A stretch of DNA of 64,000 bases from an uncultured Acidobacteriota bacterium. GTDB lineage: Bacteria; Actinomycetota; Acidimicrobiia; Spongiisociales; ZC4RG35. The notes beneath the pieces were generated by a model. It made no database searches. It saw nothing but the letters and a program-made list of their open reading frames with translations, and was not told the origin of the DNA. Location: the NCBI GenBank assembly GCA_963837055.1, contig CAWILU010000003.1, positions 71,524-135,523 on the forward strand. Direction: 5' to 3'. Shown here piece after piece: positions 18,219-28,967 of this stretch. Within the stretch, counting starts at the first letter, position 1; every line of letters starts with the position of its first letter. Made by a program: the position numbers and the translations under genes.

Positions 18219-19469
18219 TTACTCCTCTTCGTCCCGCACAGGGGTGAACTCGAACGAGATGTCCCCGATCCTGACTTCATCTCCCTCGACTGCCCCAGCA
18301 TCCTTGAGTGCCTGATCGACTCCGAGCCGCTCGAGACGCCAAGCAGCCATGTCCGCAGCCTCGGCCAGGGTCAGGTCGGCGAAGGCGACAGCCCGCTCGG
18401 CAGCAAGGCCCTCGACCCGCCAGGCGCCATCCTCTCGCCGGACCGTGAAGGTTGGGCCCAAGGGCCGGTGCAGCACGTAGCCCTTGCGTTGCGGGGCCAC
18501 CCGCTCGGCTTCATCGACCAGATCTGCGATGGCGTGCAATGCCTCCCGCATCCCATCTCCGCTCACGGCTGAGACCGGCAATGCCTCCAGCTCGATCGCC
18601 TGGTCCTCGACGCCTCCGAGATCAGACTTGTTGATCAGGACCACACTCGGCCGGGATGCGATCTCGGATGAGTAGTCGGCAATCTCCCGCCTCAGAATCT
18701 CGAGCTGTTCGGCTGGCGCCCGCTCTTGGGTGGGTGCCGGATCCAGCAGGATCACGAGGACCCGGGCTCTTTCGACGTGGCGGAGGAACTCATGACCAAG
18801 TCCTCTTCCCGAGGCCGCGCCTTCGATGAGGCCAGGGATGTCGGCCAGGACGAACTCCCGCCCATCGAAGCTCACCACACCCAGGTTGGGCTCCAGAGTC
18901 GTGAACGGATAGTCGGCGATCTTCGGCTTCGCCGCCGACACCTTCGAGATGAAGGTCGATTTGCCCGCGTTGGGGAAACCGATCAGCGCTGCATCGGCGA
19001 GGAGCTTCATCTCCAGCGTGAGCCACTCCGCCCGCCCGTATTCGCCCTGCTCAGCGACGCCGGGGGCTCGATTGGAAGGATTCACGAAGGCGGCGTTGCC
19101 CCTGCCGCCCCGGCCGCCTTTCACAGCCTCCACCTCCTGACCCGCCTCGACGAGATCAGCCACCATCGTCCCCGAATCGTCGATCACAACGGTCCCGAGC
19201 GGTACCGACAGAACAAGCGACTCCCCGGTGCGGCCGTGACGTAGGTCGCCTTGGCCGTGGGTGCCATGCTCCGCCGTGTGATGAGGGTTGCGCTGGTAGC
19301 GGAGCAGCGTGGCGACCGATGGGTCGGCTTTGAGGATCACCGAACCGCCCGGGCCCCCGTTTCCCCCGGTCGGCTTGCCCTTCGGCTTGCCTCTCACCCT
19401 CAGAAACGAGACAACCCCCGCACCGCCATTGCCGGCGCGGAGGTTGACGCGGACCCGGTCGACGAACAC
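18219..19469 (-). CDS. obg: GTPase Obg/CgtA
   Basis: MFVDRVRVNLRAGNGGAGVVSF... glycine-rich Obg fold, G-domain GFPNAGKST, DIPGLIEGA, NKSD, then a C-terminal extension. GTG start. Confidence 0.93.
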   Translation of the reverse strand: MFVDRVRVNLRAGNGGAGVVSFLRVRGKPKGKPTGGNGGPGGSVILKADPSVATLLRYQRNPHHTAEHGTHGQGDLRHGRTGESLVLSVPLGTVVIDDSGTMVADLVEAGQEVEAVKGGRGGRGNAAFVNPSNRAPGVAEQGEYGRAEWLTLEMKLLADAALIGFPNAGKSTFISKVSAAKPKIADYPFTTLEPNLGVVSFDGREFVLADIPGLIEGAASGRGLGHEFLRHVERARVLVILLDPAPTQERAPAEQLEILRREIADYSSEIASRPSVVLINKSDLGGVEDQAIELEALPVSAVSGDGMREALHAIADLVDEAERVAPQRKGYVLHRPLGPTFTVRREDGAWRVEGLAAERAVAFADLTLAEAADMAAWRLERLGVDQALKDAGAVEGDEVRIGDISFEFTPVRDEEE

Positions 19470-19482
19470 GACCGGACTCAGT

Positions 19483-19734
19483 TCACTCGGGCAGGACGTT
19501 TACACGGCGGCGGTTGGCCCGGGTCCCGTACTTGACGGTTCCGGACGCAGTGGCGAACAGGGTGTCATCAGACCCCTTGCCCACGTTCTCGCCGGGGTGG
19601 ATCGCGGTGCCTCGCTGGCGAACGAGAATGGCGCCGGCGTTCACGAACTCACCGTCGAATACCTTTGGCCCCAGCCGCTTGGCGGCGGAGTCACGACCGT
19701 TCTTGGAAGATCCGCCTGCTTTCGTCTTTGACAT
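19483..19734 (-). CDS. rpmA: 50S ribosomal protein L27
   Basis: [43 protein letters not shown]... Confidence 0.95.
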   Translation of the reverse strand: MSKTKAGGSSKNGRDSAAKRLGPKVFDGEFVNAGAILVRQRGTAIHPGENVGKGSDDTLFATASGTVKYGTRANRRRVNVLPE

Positions 19735-19735
19735 C

Positions 19736-20269
19736 TCACTCCTCCTCTGACGAGTCGGTCGTTGCTTTCTTGGTGGTTTTCGCAGCCGATGACTTTGCGG
19801 CAGTCGCCTTCGCCGCGGTTGTCTTGGCCGCGGGCTTCGCTGCAGTCTTCTCCGTAGCCGCTTTGGTGGCGGCTGGCTTCTCTGCGGCCTTCGATGCTGT
19901 CGTCTTGTCCGGTCCGGTCTTTGCGTCAGAAGACTTCGCGGTGGACTTTGCTTTGGCCCCGGGGAGCTTGATCTCGGTGATCTCGATCTGGGTGTACTTC
20001 TGGCGATGACCCTGGCGACGCCGATAACCCGTCTTGTTCTTGTACTTGAAGATGTCGATCTTTGGGCCCTGGGACTCGCCCAGCACCTTCGCCGTCACCA
20101 ATGCCTTGGCCAGGACGTCGCGATCGGAGACAGCATTCCCCTTGTCGTCTACGACGAGCAGCGGGGCAAACGACAGCTCTTCGGCGTCGCCTTTGACCCG
20201 CTCGATCTCGATGACATCACCCGATTGCACCTTGGCCTGTTTGCCGCCGGCGCGAATGATGGCGTACAT
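19736..20269 (-). CDS. rplU: 50S ribosomal protein L21 with a ~70-aa Ala/Lys/Thr-rich C-terminal extension
   Basis: [25 protein letters not shown]...[24 protein letters not shown] (L21 core of ~105 aa), then [10 protein letters not shown]...[16 protein letters not shown]. Confidence 0.93.
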   Translation of the reverse strand: MYAIIRAGGKQAKVQSGDVIEIERVKGDAEELSFAPLLVVDDKGNAVSDRDVLAKALVTAKVLGESQGPKIDIFKYKNKTGYRRRQGHRQKYTQIEITEIKLPGAKAKSTAKSSDAKTGPDKTTASKAAEKPAATKAATEKTAAKPAAKTTAAKATAAKSSAAKTTKKATTDSSEEE

Positions 20270-20359
20270 GGGTAAACCTCTGGGAAGGGATTGAACCTGG
20301 ATGGTACCGGTGAGGGTTCCGTATCGCCAAGCGAGAAAGTCATAGGTCGTAGGTCGTGA

Positions 20360-21914
20360 CTACTCCGTCAGCGAGAAGTCCTCGATCAGGTCCTGGGCGG
20401 CGATGGCGTGCTCATGGACGATCACCCCACGCCCCCCGCATTCCTCACACTTGGATGAGAACTGCTCGAGGAGACCGGCCGAGACGTTCTTCCTCGTCAT
20501 CTCGACCAGCCCGAGATGGGACACGTCGAAGACTTGGGTCCTCGTCTTGTCCTTGGCCAGAGCCTCTTTGAGCCGTCTCAGAACCGCCTGTTGGTTGTCG
20601 ATCGTCTCCATGTCGATGAAGTCGATGACGATGATCCCGCCAATGTCTCGCAACCGGAGCTGGCGACCGATCTCCTCGGCCGCCTCCAGGTTGTTCTGCA
20701 GCACTGTCTCCTCGAGGTTCGAGGAGCCGACGAACTTCCCGGTGTTCACGTCGATGACGGTGAGAGCCTCGGTCCGATCGATGACCAGATGACCGCCCGA
20801 GGGCAGGTAGACCTTGCGGTCGAGGGCCTTCTTGATCTGGTCGTCGACGTGATAGCGCTCGAACAGAGGCACGTCGTCGGTGTAGTGCTGGACCTTGGAG
20901 ACGAGATCGGGAGCGGTGCCCTGGAGATAGTCGACGACGACCCCGTAGGCCTTGGCGTCGTCGATGAGCAATTTGCGGAAGTCGGCCGTGAAATGCTCGC
21001 GGATCACCTTGATCAGCAGCTCGGGCTCTTGATGAACGAGGCGGGGGGCGCCACCGGCCAGGGACTCCTCGCCGATCTGGTCCCACACCTTGCGCAGACG
21101 GGAGATGTCGGCAGCGAGCTCTTCGGCGCTGGCGTGGAGTGCAGCGGTCCTCACGATGACGCCGTATCCGTCGGGACGAACCTTATTGATCACCTCACGG
21201 AGACGCGACCTGTCATCGTCAGGCAATCGTCGGCTGATCCCGATGCTGTCCGAGTCGGGGACAAGGACCAGATAGCGCCCCGGCAAGCGACGGTACGCCG
21301 GTGAGACGAGCGCCTTTGGCCCCCATCGCATCCTTGGTGACCTGGACCAAGACGTCGTCGCCCTCTTTGAGCACGCTTTCGATTCTTCGCGCCGGTCGCC
21401 CGTTGCCTTTCCCGTCCGAAGCCACGTCCGAGGCGTAGAGCACGCCGTTCTTGGGAGCACCGAAATCGAGAAACGCCGCTTCCATGCCTGGAAGCACATT
21501 GCGGACCTTGGCCAGGTAGATGTTCCCGGCCACCGATCCTGCGTCTTCGCGGGCGACGTAGTGCTCGACCAGGACCGGTCCTTCGAGAATCACCATCTGG
21601 GTCTGACCCTTGTGGACCCGGACCAGCATCTGCTTTCGGCCGGTCTCGACGGGGACGATCACCTCGTCGTCCATGGGACGACGGGTCCTGGTGCGGGAGG
21701 TCGACACCCCGTTCCTGGAGTGGTTGCCGCCGCCCTTGTTCGAGGGCTGGTGGCGTCGTTCCTTCTTGGGCTTGTTGGTCGGGGCCGGTCGGGCCTCGAC
21801 TCGGGTGACTTCTACCTTGCGTCCCTTGACACGGACGGTCTTGTGCTCTTCGACGGTCCCTTCCGTCGAGGATTTCCGAACGATTTGTGGGCTCTTCTTG
21901 CGAAATAGAGCCAT
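20360..21914 (-). pseudogene. rne: ribonuclease E/G, reading frame broken by a 1-nt indel near 21278-21281
   Basis: ORF 21219..21914 carries the basic N-terminus and S1 domain (GNIYLAKVRNVLPGMEAAFLDFG...VLVQVTKDAMGAKGARLTG). ORF 20360..21499 continues in another frame from ...LPGRYLVLVPDSDSIGISRRL through the catalytic core. The two join if one G of a GGGG run is removed (SLAGRYLVLVP). Confidence 0.85.
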
Positions 21915-22157
21915 GTGGTGTTACTCCTCTGAGAGTCGATGATCGGGTCGACCGGAAAGCCCATTCCCTGACAGCGGCTTCCTGGTCCAAACAGATTCGC
22001 CAGATCGCGCCCGTGCGGCCGCCGATGGGGGCGGTCGCCGAGGGTGGCCTTGCCGGCTGGCCGGCATACAAGGGTGCTCATCAACGAAACACTCCGAAGA
22101 GGGGAAGATGTCGCGTCTGGCGGACTGGCGAAGGTTACCAGAAAGGAAACGCTGAAC

Positions 22158-22748
22158 CTACCCACCGTCGAGATCGAGCTCCGGCTGTTCCGGCTCGGTT
22201 GGGTCGTAGCACACACGGCACCGTGCCTCATATGCGCCCTGCGCTCCCAGGACCACCAGCTCCTCTGACCTGACGATTCGCTGGGTGTACATGCCGGGGC
22301 CGCCGCACTTGTGACAGACAGCCAGCATCTTGGTGACGTACTCGGCCCGATCGCACAGGGTCGGGATCGGTTCGAACGGCCGGCGGAGGTAGTCGGTGTC
22401 CAGACCGGCCACGATCACCTGTTTCTCGGCCGCCGCCAGTTGCTCGACCACCTCGATCAGTCCGTTGTCGAAGAACTGCCCTTCATCGATCCCAATCACC
22501 AGAGTGTTGTCGTCGACATGGTGAAGCAGGTCGGAAGAGGTCTCCACCGGGGTCGCCTCCACCTTGAGACTGGAATGGGAGACGACCTCACCGTCGGCAT
22601 ATCGCACGTCGAGCTGTGGCTTGAAAGTCTGGACGGGCACCCGGGCGATCTGATATCGAGTGACCCGGCGGATCAACTCCTCGCTCTTGCCGGAGAACAT
22701 CGGCCCGCAGATGACCTCCACCCACCCCCGCTCACCACGTCGATCCAT
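22158..22748 (-). CDS. tdk: thymidine kinase
   Basis: VICGPMFSGKSEELIRR P-loop, IGIDEGQFF, and a C-terminal Zn ribbon CHKCG...CRVCY. Confidence 0.92.
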   Translation of the reverse strand: MDRRGERGWVEVICGPMFSGKSEELIRRVTRYQIARVPVQTFKPQLDVRYADGEVVSHSSLKVEATPVETSSDLLHHVDDNTLVIGIDEGQFFDNGLIEVVEQLAAAEKQVIVAGLDTDYLRRPFEPIPTLCDRAEYVTKMLAVCHKCGGPGMYTQRIVRSEELVVLGAQGAYEARCRVCYDPTEPEQPELDLDGG

Positions 22749-22787
22749 GTCCGGGGAGCGTAGAACCTACGACGTAGAACGTAGAAC

Positions 22788-22821
22788 GAGAATCAACTCA
22801 GCTCTAGCTGAGTTGATTCTC
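22788..22821. terminator. 15-bp perfect hairpin spanning the rodA stop codon
   Basis: GAGAATCAACTCAGC-tcta-GCTGAGTTGATTCTC. The rodA TAG (22804-22806, minus strand) lies in the loop. Confidence 0.45.
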
Positions 22822-23958
22822 CCCAGGCACCGGGGTGCGCAGCAACCAGACTGAGTTGGCCACACCGAGGGCCAGGGTCATCGCCAAATAGAACGAGCCT
22901 CCGGCGGAGAGAAACGGGAGCGGGATGCCGGTGACCGGCATGATGCCGATCGTCATCCCCACGTTGACGAAGACGTGGAAGACCATCATCGCGGCGAGAC
23001 CGGCCGCGATGAGGGCCCCAAAGCGGTCCCGGGCGTTGGCGGCGATGACGAGCAGCCTCCAAATGATCACGGCAAAAGCAGCGACGACCAGGATCCCGCC
23101 AACGAATCCGAGTTGTTCGGCAACGGCGGTGAATATGAAGTCGGTCTCTTGCTCGGGCACATACTCGAACGAGGTCTGCGTTCCCTCCGCGAAGAGCCCG
23201 CGGCCGAACAACTGACCCGAACCGACCGCGTACTTCGATTGCTGGATGTTGTAACCGATCCCCTGAGGGTCGATCGAGGGGTTGAACAGCACCTTTATCC
23301 GGTTGAGCTGGTACTCGGCCAGCCATTCTCGTTGCAGCACGACCAGCACTCCAACGGTCGTGGCGCCGGCCAGGGCCAACATCTGACGCCAGGTGGCCCC
23401 GGCGACGAAGAGCATCACGAACAGGATGAACCCGAACACGAGCGTGGTGCCCAGGTCGGGCTCGAAAAGGACGAGGGCGGCGGGGACCGCGACGAGGAGG
23501 ACGGCTCGGGCCATGGTGCCCCATGAGAGTTGCCGCTGGCCCAACTCGTCACGATTACTCGGCGAGAGCAAGGCCGCCAGGAGCAATATCACGATCACCT
23601 TGGCGAATTCGGCCGGTTGGAGCTTGAAGAACCCGAGGGGGATCCAGCGCTGGGCGCCGTTGATCGGCTCGAACATGTAAACCGCTAACAACCCGAGAAC
23701 GACGAGGATCGACACGATCGGGATCAGATTCTTCAGCTCCCGATAGTCGATGTTGGAGATGACGACGTAGACGGTGAGCCCGGCCGCCACGAAGATCATT
23801 TGCCGCTCCATCCCGACTGACCCGGTGCTCCTCGTGGCCGAGTACACCATGAGCAGTCCGAATCCGGAGAGGGCGAGCATGGTCCCGAAGAGGATCCGGT
23901 CCGACTTGTTGCGACCCCGGTCGACGGCGACCTCGCGGAGACGGGAAAGTACAGCCAC
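22804..23958 (-). CDS. rodA: rod-shape-determining peptidoglycan glycosyltransferase RodA (FtsW/RodA/SpoVE family)
   Basis: Multi-TM SEDS protein (...DFIFTAVAEQLGFVGG...PLPFLSAGGS). An in-frame GTG at 23958 overlaps the mrdA stop by 1 nt. The 582-aa ORF extension upstream is an Arg-rich overlap artefact. Confidence 0.88.
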   Translation of the reverse strand: MAVLSRLREVAVDRGRNKSDRILFGTMLALSGFGLLMVYSATRSTGSVGMERQMIFVAAGLTVYVVISNIDYRELKNLIPIVSILVVLGLLAVYMFEPINGAQRWIPLGFFKLQPAEFAKVIVILLLAALLSPSNRDELGQRQLSWGTMARAVLLVAVPAALVLFEPDLGTTLVFGFILFVMLFVAGATWRQMLALAGATTVGVLVVLQREWLAEYQLNRIKVLFNPSIDPQGIGYNIQQSKYAVGSGQLFGRGLFAEGTQTSFEYVPEQETDFIFTAVAEQLGFVGGILVVAAFAVIIWRLLVIAANARDRFGALIAAGLAAMMVFHVFVNVGMTIGIMPVTGIPLPFLSAGGSFYLAMTLALGVANSVWLLRTPVPGENQLS

Positions 23959-25919
23959 TAGTCCGCCTCCTCGCCCTGCACGATTGGCGTTGGCTCGTTG
24001 CCGGCCAGGAATTGCATGATGTGACGAGCCACCGGGGCAGCGACCTGGCCGCCTGAACCACCCTCGTCGATCAACACGGCGACCACATAGCGGGGGTTGT
24101 CGAGCGGCGCCACGCCGACGAACCAAGCATGGTTGTCCCTTGTCGCCGACACCTGAGCGGTCCCGGTCTTGCCTCCGACGTTCTCGAGACCCTCGCCGAA
24201 ATCGCTGAACGCAGCGGCGGCAGTGCCTCCGCTGACCACACTGCCTAGATCCGCCAAGAGCGAGGCGCGAGTCGCGGGGTCGATGTCGACCGTGACCGGG
24301 GCGGGGCGCTCGACCGGAGTCACGTTCCCCTCGCTGTCGATGGTCTCCTTGACCACGCGCGGCTCCATGACCTTGCCGCCGTTGATCAGAACCGCAAATG
24401 ACGAGGCGACTTGGAGTGGAGTGGCGGTGAACGCCCCCTGGCCGATGGCGAAGTCCATCAGGTCTCCCCCGAGCCAGGGCGAGGCCAACTCGAGGCGGGC
24501 CGGCTCGAGACGCGGCGGCTCGTCCGGGTTCTCCAGTTGATATTCCTTCCACTCCTCGAACAGTTGACGGGTGGGGATGATGCCGGGCGCCTCACTGGTC
24601 AGGTCGATCCCGGTCTCGTGGCCGTATCCGACCCGGGTCGCCCACTCCTGAAGGATGTTCTCTTGGGCCGACCCCTGGGGATTGGCGACGTAAGTGCCCA
24701 GGGCCACGTTCCAGAAGTAGATGTTGCACGAGTTCTCGAGGGCGCCATGGATGTCGAGCCATCCCAGGTTGCGCGGGTCGTACCAGTCGTGCTTGACCTG
24801 AGGCGATCCGTCGGCGAGCTGGTCCAGGACCAGAGTGCCATCACAATGGATCAGGTCCCCGTCCACACCTTCGACATCAGGCGGGAACGGCAGGTTCTCC
24901 TCCAGCTTGGCTGTGTATGTGATGGCTTTGAAGGTGGACGCAGGCGGATAAAGACCACTTACCGCGAGATTGTTGAACGCCTTCGTTTCGTTGAGCCCTT
25001 CGAAAGTGGCCTCATCGATCCCGGCGACGAAGAGTTGCGGATCGAAATCTGGGTAGGAAGCAAGAGCGAGGACATCGAAGGTGTTCACATCGAGGACCAC
25101 AGCCGCAGCTCGCTGTGTCTCGTTGAAGACCTCCTCCCCGTCCGCTCTTTCTCCCTCTTTGACCGCGTTCGACAGTTCGACACCACTCTCCAAGGCGAGC
25201 TCGACCTGCTCCTGGAGGGCCAGATCGAGATTCAGTACGAGCGAGCTGCCCGCCACCGGTTCGACCGGTGGGCGCTGTTCGATGATCTCACCGCGGCGCA
25301 CCCGGTACTCGACCGATCCACCGGTGCCCTGGAGCACCTCGTCGTAGACCCTCTCTACACCGAGTTTGCCGATCCTGACGTCGGGCTCCAGCTCCTCACG
25401 CTCGGCAAGGTCGGCTTCCTCGGGCAGACCGAGGTGCCCGATGACATGAGCCATCGTCGGCCCTGTCAGGTACACCCGCTCAGGGACCTTCACCACTTCG
25501 ACGCCGGGGAGCTCGTCCAGAGCCTCGTTGATGGCGTACGCCGTCTCGTTGGAGACCGTGGTCACCTGGAACCGTCCGTTGATGCCCGCCTCGTCATACA
25601 AGGTGTCCAGGGCCACCGGGTCGACGCCAACGATGGAGGCGAGCTCCTGGATCAAGGGCTCCCGCTGCTCCGGCTGGACAAAGGTCCGATCAATCATCAC
25701 CGCGGGGACCATCCGGCTGGTGGCGAGAAGCGTCCCGTTCCGGTCGTAGATGTCGCCGCGTGGCGCGTAGGTCGACTTACCCACCCAGGTAGCCTCCTCG
25801 GCCGCCTGGGCGATCTGGGGCCCCTGGGCGACCTGGACGAACCAGAGCCGCAACCCGATGACGGAGAACATCGCGATGAAGATGATCCCGAGCGTCGTCA
25901 GCCTGAGCGCGAATTTCAT
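23958..25919 (-). CDS. mrdA: penicillin-binding protein 2 (elongasome transpeptidase)
   Basis: 653 aa: N-terminal TM helix, PBP dimerisation domain, and transpeptidase motifs (ASTFK, SCN-type, KTGTA). Confidence 0.9.
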   Translation of the reverse strand: MKFALRLTTLGIIFIAMFSVIGLRLWFVQVAQGPQIAQAAEEATWVGKSTYAPRGDIYDRNGTLLATSRMVPAVMIDRTFVQPEQREPLIQELASIVGVDPVALDTLYDEAGINGRFQVTTVSNETAYAINEALDELPGVEVVKVPERVYLTGPTMAHVIGHLGLPEEADLAEREELEPDVRIGKLGVERVYDEVLQGTGGSVEYRVRRGEIIEQRPPVEPVAGSSLVLNLDLALQEQVELALESGVELSNAVKEGERADGEEVFNETQRAAAVVLDVNTFDVLALASYPDFDPQLFVAGIDEATFEGLNETKAFNNLAVSGLYPPASTFKAITYTAKLEENLPFPPDVEGVDGDLIHCDGTLVLDQLADGSPQVKHDWYDPRNLGWLDIHGALENSCNIYFWNVALGTYVANPQGSAQENILQEWATRVGYGHETGIDLTSEAPGIIPTRQLFEEWKEYQLENPDEPPRLEPARLELASPWLGGDLMDFAIGQGAFTATPLQVASSFAVLINGGKVMEPRVVKETIDSEGNVTPVERPAPVTVDIDPATRASLLADLGSVVSGGTAAAAFSDFGEGLENVGGKTGTAQVSATRDNHAWFVGVAPLDNPRYVVAVLIDEGGSGGQVAAPVARHIMQFLAGNEPTPIVQGEEAD

Positions 25920-26422
25920 GGGTACCTGAGGGCGGTCCGGTCGCGGTCGACCAATCGTACGAAGGTGGGCGCAACCAGGGCGGCAACGGCAAGATTGGCC
26001 AAGGGAACCAGGATCATGAGGCTGAGCGCGCTCTCACCCACCAGCGCCGCCTGACCAAATAACGTGCCAACGAGGAGCAGCAGCACCACCCCGACCAGAG
26101 TCAACAACCCCGCCCACAACGCGATCGTGATCCGCCCCAGCTCGGCTCGCTCCTTGGTGCGAATCGCGATGTAGGCGATTGTCGTGTAGACGACGGCACG
26201 TAGCCCGATCAACGATGCTCCGAGCAGGTCCATGATCAAGCCGGAGATGAACGCCACGGCGAGTACCGCCTCGGTCCGAATCCGGGTGAGAGCCAGCAGG
26301 ATCCCGATCAGCATGACCAGGTCGGGGGTGACGATTCTCAGTCTGCCGAACAGAGTCGTCTGGATGATCACGGCGATCAGAACCGTGAGGCCGATCACCA
26401 GCGCGGTGCGGCCTCTCATCAA
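25916..26422 (-). CDS. mreD: rod-shape-determining protein MreD
   Basis: 168-aa polytopic membrane protein between mreC and mrdA, with 4-nt overlaps on both sides. Confidence 0.8.
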   Translation of the reverse strand: MMRGRTALVIGLTVLIAVIIQTTLFGRLRIVTPDLVMLIGILLALTRIRTEAVLAVAFISGLIMDLLGASLIGLRAVVYTTIAYIAIRTKERAELGRITIALWAGLLTLVGVVLLLLVGTLFGQAALVGESALSLMILVPLANLAVAALVAPTFVRLVDRDRTALRYP

Positions 26423-27348
26423 CCATCGTCCTCAGGGGTGGTCGTGGTGGTGGCCGCATCCTCGGCGATGGTGGTGGCGGTGAGCTCTTCGGGAATGGTG
26501 TCGTCGGTGGCTGCAGACACCGGGTCGGGGGGCCAGGCGAGGACGACCACGAATCGCAGAGTCTCCGGATCGACGAAAGGGCGGACCGTGGTCGTCAGCG
26601 AAGTCGACTCAGGGGAGGCGTCGGCGAGAATCTCGCCGACCGGAAGACCGGCCGGGTAATCGGTGCTTGCGGACGAGGTCAGGACCCTGTCTCCTGCCAG
26701 CACCGGCTCACGGGCATCGAACACGTCGAGGTCCATCTCGAGCCCGAGCTCGGATGAAAAGGGCCTGGTGACCAGGGTCCCCGTCTGGGATCCGACCAAC
26801 ACCGTGAGGCCTTCCCGGGTGGCGGTGATGGGCAGAATCGTCGCGCTCCCCGAGGTATTGCTCTTCACGGTGCCGACTACGTAACCGTTGGTGTCGATGA
26901 CCGGCTGTCCGACCAGCACGCCGTCGCGGCTGCCCTTGTCGATGATGAGGGCGGCATCGACCGATCCAATCACATTGGCGACTGTCTGCCCAAGCTCCCC
27001 ACCCTCGGTGTCGAGCTCATAGATCTGCTCCAGCAACGCCAGCTTGGCCCGGTCGTCCTGGACGGCCACCAACTCGGCCTGCGTCTCGGCCAGCTCGGCC
27101 GACAAAGCCGCGTTCTGCTCACGTAGCGATGCGACGTTGGACAGGCTGTCGAGGGCGTTTGCAATCGGAGTGACCGCAAATGCCGCCACCCGCTGCAGTG
27201 GGGAGACGATTGCCTGGGTGCCGCCCCGCAGGACCCCCACGACTCCCCCGCCATCGAGACGGACATCGAAAGTCATCAACAGGACGCCTATCACCAGCAG
27301 GCTGATGAAGGTGGGGAGGGCTCGGTCGGACTGTTTGGAGGTCAGCAT
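26419..27348 (-). CDS. mreC: rod-shape-determining protein MreC
   Basis: N-terminal TM helix, coiled coil (LREQNAALSAELAETQAEL), beta-barrel domains and a Thr/Asp-rich tail. Position is between mreB and mreD. Confidence 0.85.
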   Translation of the reverse strand: MLTSKQSDRALPTFISLLVIGVLLMTFDVRLDGGGVVGVLRGGTQAIVSPLQRVAAFAVTPIANALDSLSNVASLREQNAALSAELAETQAELVAVQDDRAKLALLEQIYELDTEGGELGQTVANVIGSVDAALIIDKGSRDGVLVGQPVIDTNGYVVGTVKSNTSGSATILPITATREGLTVLVGSQTGTLVTRPFSSELGLEMDLDVFDAREPVLAGDRVLTSSASTDYPAGLPVGEILADASPESTSLTTTVRPFVDPETLRFVVVLAWPPDPVSAATDDTIPEELTATTIAEDAATTTTTPEDDG

Positions 27349-27370
27349 GGGTCAAGACGGGTCGAGGTGG

Positions 27371-28402
27371 TCATGGACGGGACGACGACACGAGCACGTC
27401 CTGCAGCGTGTCGAATTCCTCCAGACACTTCCCCGAGCCGAGCACCACCGACTGCAGCGGATTGGCCGCAGTGACGATGGGCATCCCCGTCTCATGGGCC
27501 AGACGATGGTCCAGCCCCACCAACAGAGCTCCACCCCCGGTGAGCACGATCCCGCGCTCGACAACGTCCGCAGCCAGTTCCGGCGGCGTCTTGTCCAGCG
27601 TGAACTTGACTGCGTCGACGACCGCCTGGGTCGGCTCTTCGATCGCCTCCCTGATCTCAGGGCTGGAAAGGAGAATTGTCTTGGGAAGGCCAGTCACGAG
27701 ATCACGGCCTCGGACCTCGGCTGAGGGCTCATCCGCGTAGGGCCAGGCCGAGCCGACAGCGAGTTTGAGCTGCTCGGCAGTGCGCTCACCGATGAGGACG
27801 TTGTACTCCTTTTTGACCCAATCGATGATCGCCGTGTCCAATTCGTCGCCGCCAACCCTGATCGAGCGTGAGACCACGATGCCCCCGAGCGAGATGACGG
27901 CCACTTCGGTCGTGCCGCCGCCGATGTCGACGACCATCGAACCGGCCGGCTCGGCGATGGGCAGCCCAGAGCCGATGGCCGCAGCCATCGGCTCTTCGAT
28001 GGTGTATGCCCGCCGAGCACCTGCGTGGTAGGCCGCCTCCTCGACGGCTCTTCGTTCGACAGGAGTGATCCCGGAAGGCACGCAGACGACGATCCTGGGC
28101 CGGGCCCACTTGCGTCTGTGCACCTTCTGGATGAAATAGCGGAGCATCTTCTCGGTTACGTCGAAGTCGGCGATCACCCCGTCCCGGAGAGGTCGGATCG
28201 CAGTGATGTGAGCCGGGGTCCGCCCAATCATCCGCTTGGCCTCCATGCCGACTGCGAGGGCTCGCCCGTTCTGCGCGTTGATGGCGACCACCGACGGCTC
28301 GTTGAGCACGATCCCGCCGCCACGCACATAGACCAGGGTGTTGGCGGTGCCGAGGTCGATGGCCATGTCCTGACCGGCGAATGAAAGAAGGGTTTCAGCC
28401 AT
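27371..28402 (-). CDS. mreB: rod-shape-determining protein MreB
   Basis: [15 protein letters not shown]...[13 protein letters not shown]...LTGGGALL actin-like ATPase motifs. Confidence 0.95.
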   Translation of the reverse strand: MAETLLSFAGQDMAIDLGTANTLVYVRGGGIVLNEPSVVAINAQNGRALAVGMEAKRMIGRTPAHITAIRPLRDGVIADFDVTEKMLRYFIQKVHRRKWARPRIVVCVPSGITPVERRAVEEAAYHAGARRAYTIEEPMAAAIGSGLPIAEPAGSMVVDIGGGTTEVAVISLGGIVVSRSIRVGGDELDTAIIDWVKKEYNVLIGERTAEQLKLAVGSAWPYADEPSAEVRGRDLVTGLPKTILLSSPEIREAIEEPTQAVVDAVKFTLDKTPPELAADVVERGIVLTGGGALLVGLDHRLAHETGMPIVTAANPLQSVVLGSGKCLEEFDTLQDVLVSSSRP

Positions 28403-28480
28403 GGCTGATGATGACTCCCGCGACGACTCGCCGAGTGTAGGTGTCGGTCAGATCTTGTGCCATAGCCGCCCCCTCACGCC

Positions 28481-28885
28481 TCAGCCGAAGAAGATCTCCA
28501 GCTCGCGCGCCGCGCTCTCCGGCCCGTCAGACCCGTGGACGATGTTGTGGGTCACCTGCAATCCCAGATCCCCCCTGATGGTGCCCGGTGCCGCCTGCTT
28601 GGGGTCGGTGGCTCCCATCACGCCGCGGGACACCATGATTGCGGACTCGCCGGACCACTCCATGGCGACGACCGGTCCCGAGGTGATGAACTCGAGAAGT
28701 TCAGGGAAGAACGGCTTCTCGACGTGCTCCTCGTAGTGGTGACGGGCCAGGTCCTCGTCGATCGTGAGCATCCGGATCTTCTCGAGGGTCAGGCCCTTTC
28801 GCTCGAACCGGCCGATGACCTCGCCGACCAGGCCACGGGCCACACCGTCGGGTTTGACCATGATGAATGTGCTCTCGGTTGCCAT
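28481..28885 (-). CDS. ndk: nucleoside-diphosphate kinase
   Basis: The ATG at 28885 gives [32 protein letters not shown]...NIVHGSD. The longer ORF to 29080 overlaps folC. Confidence 0.93.
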   Translation of the reverse strand: MATESTFIMVKPDGVARGLVGEVIGRFERKGLTLEKIRMLTIDEDLARHHYEEHVEKPFFPELLEFITSGPVVAMEWSGESAIMVSRGVMGATDPKQAAPGTIRGDLGLQVTHNIVHGSDGPESAARELEIFFG

Positions 28886-28967
28886 CGCACCGGAGGGTAA
28901 TGGTGCTGCACCAGAGAGACACCTCGCCCTGGCGGTCGGGCGCCAATTCAAGAAGTCCGGCCGGAAG

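Noticed and set aside
21915-22157. 240-nt leader of rne as an autoregulatory 5' UTR element
   Set aside because: This is expected by analogy with RNase E autoregulation in other bacteria. I could not identify a defined conserved structure in the sequence.
22804-24552. 582-aa version of the RodA ORF
   Set aside because: The first ~200 codons overlap mrdA in another frame and are Arg/Gly-rich. An in-frame GTG at 23958 abutting the mrdA stop gives a normal 384-aa SEDS protein.
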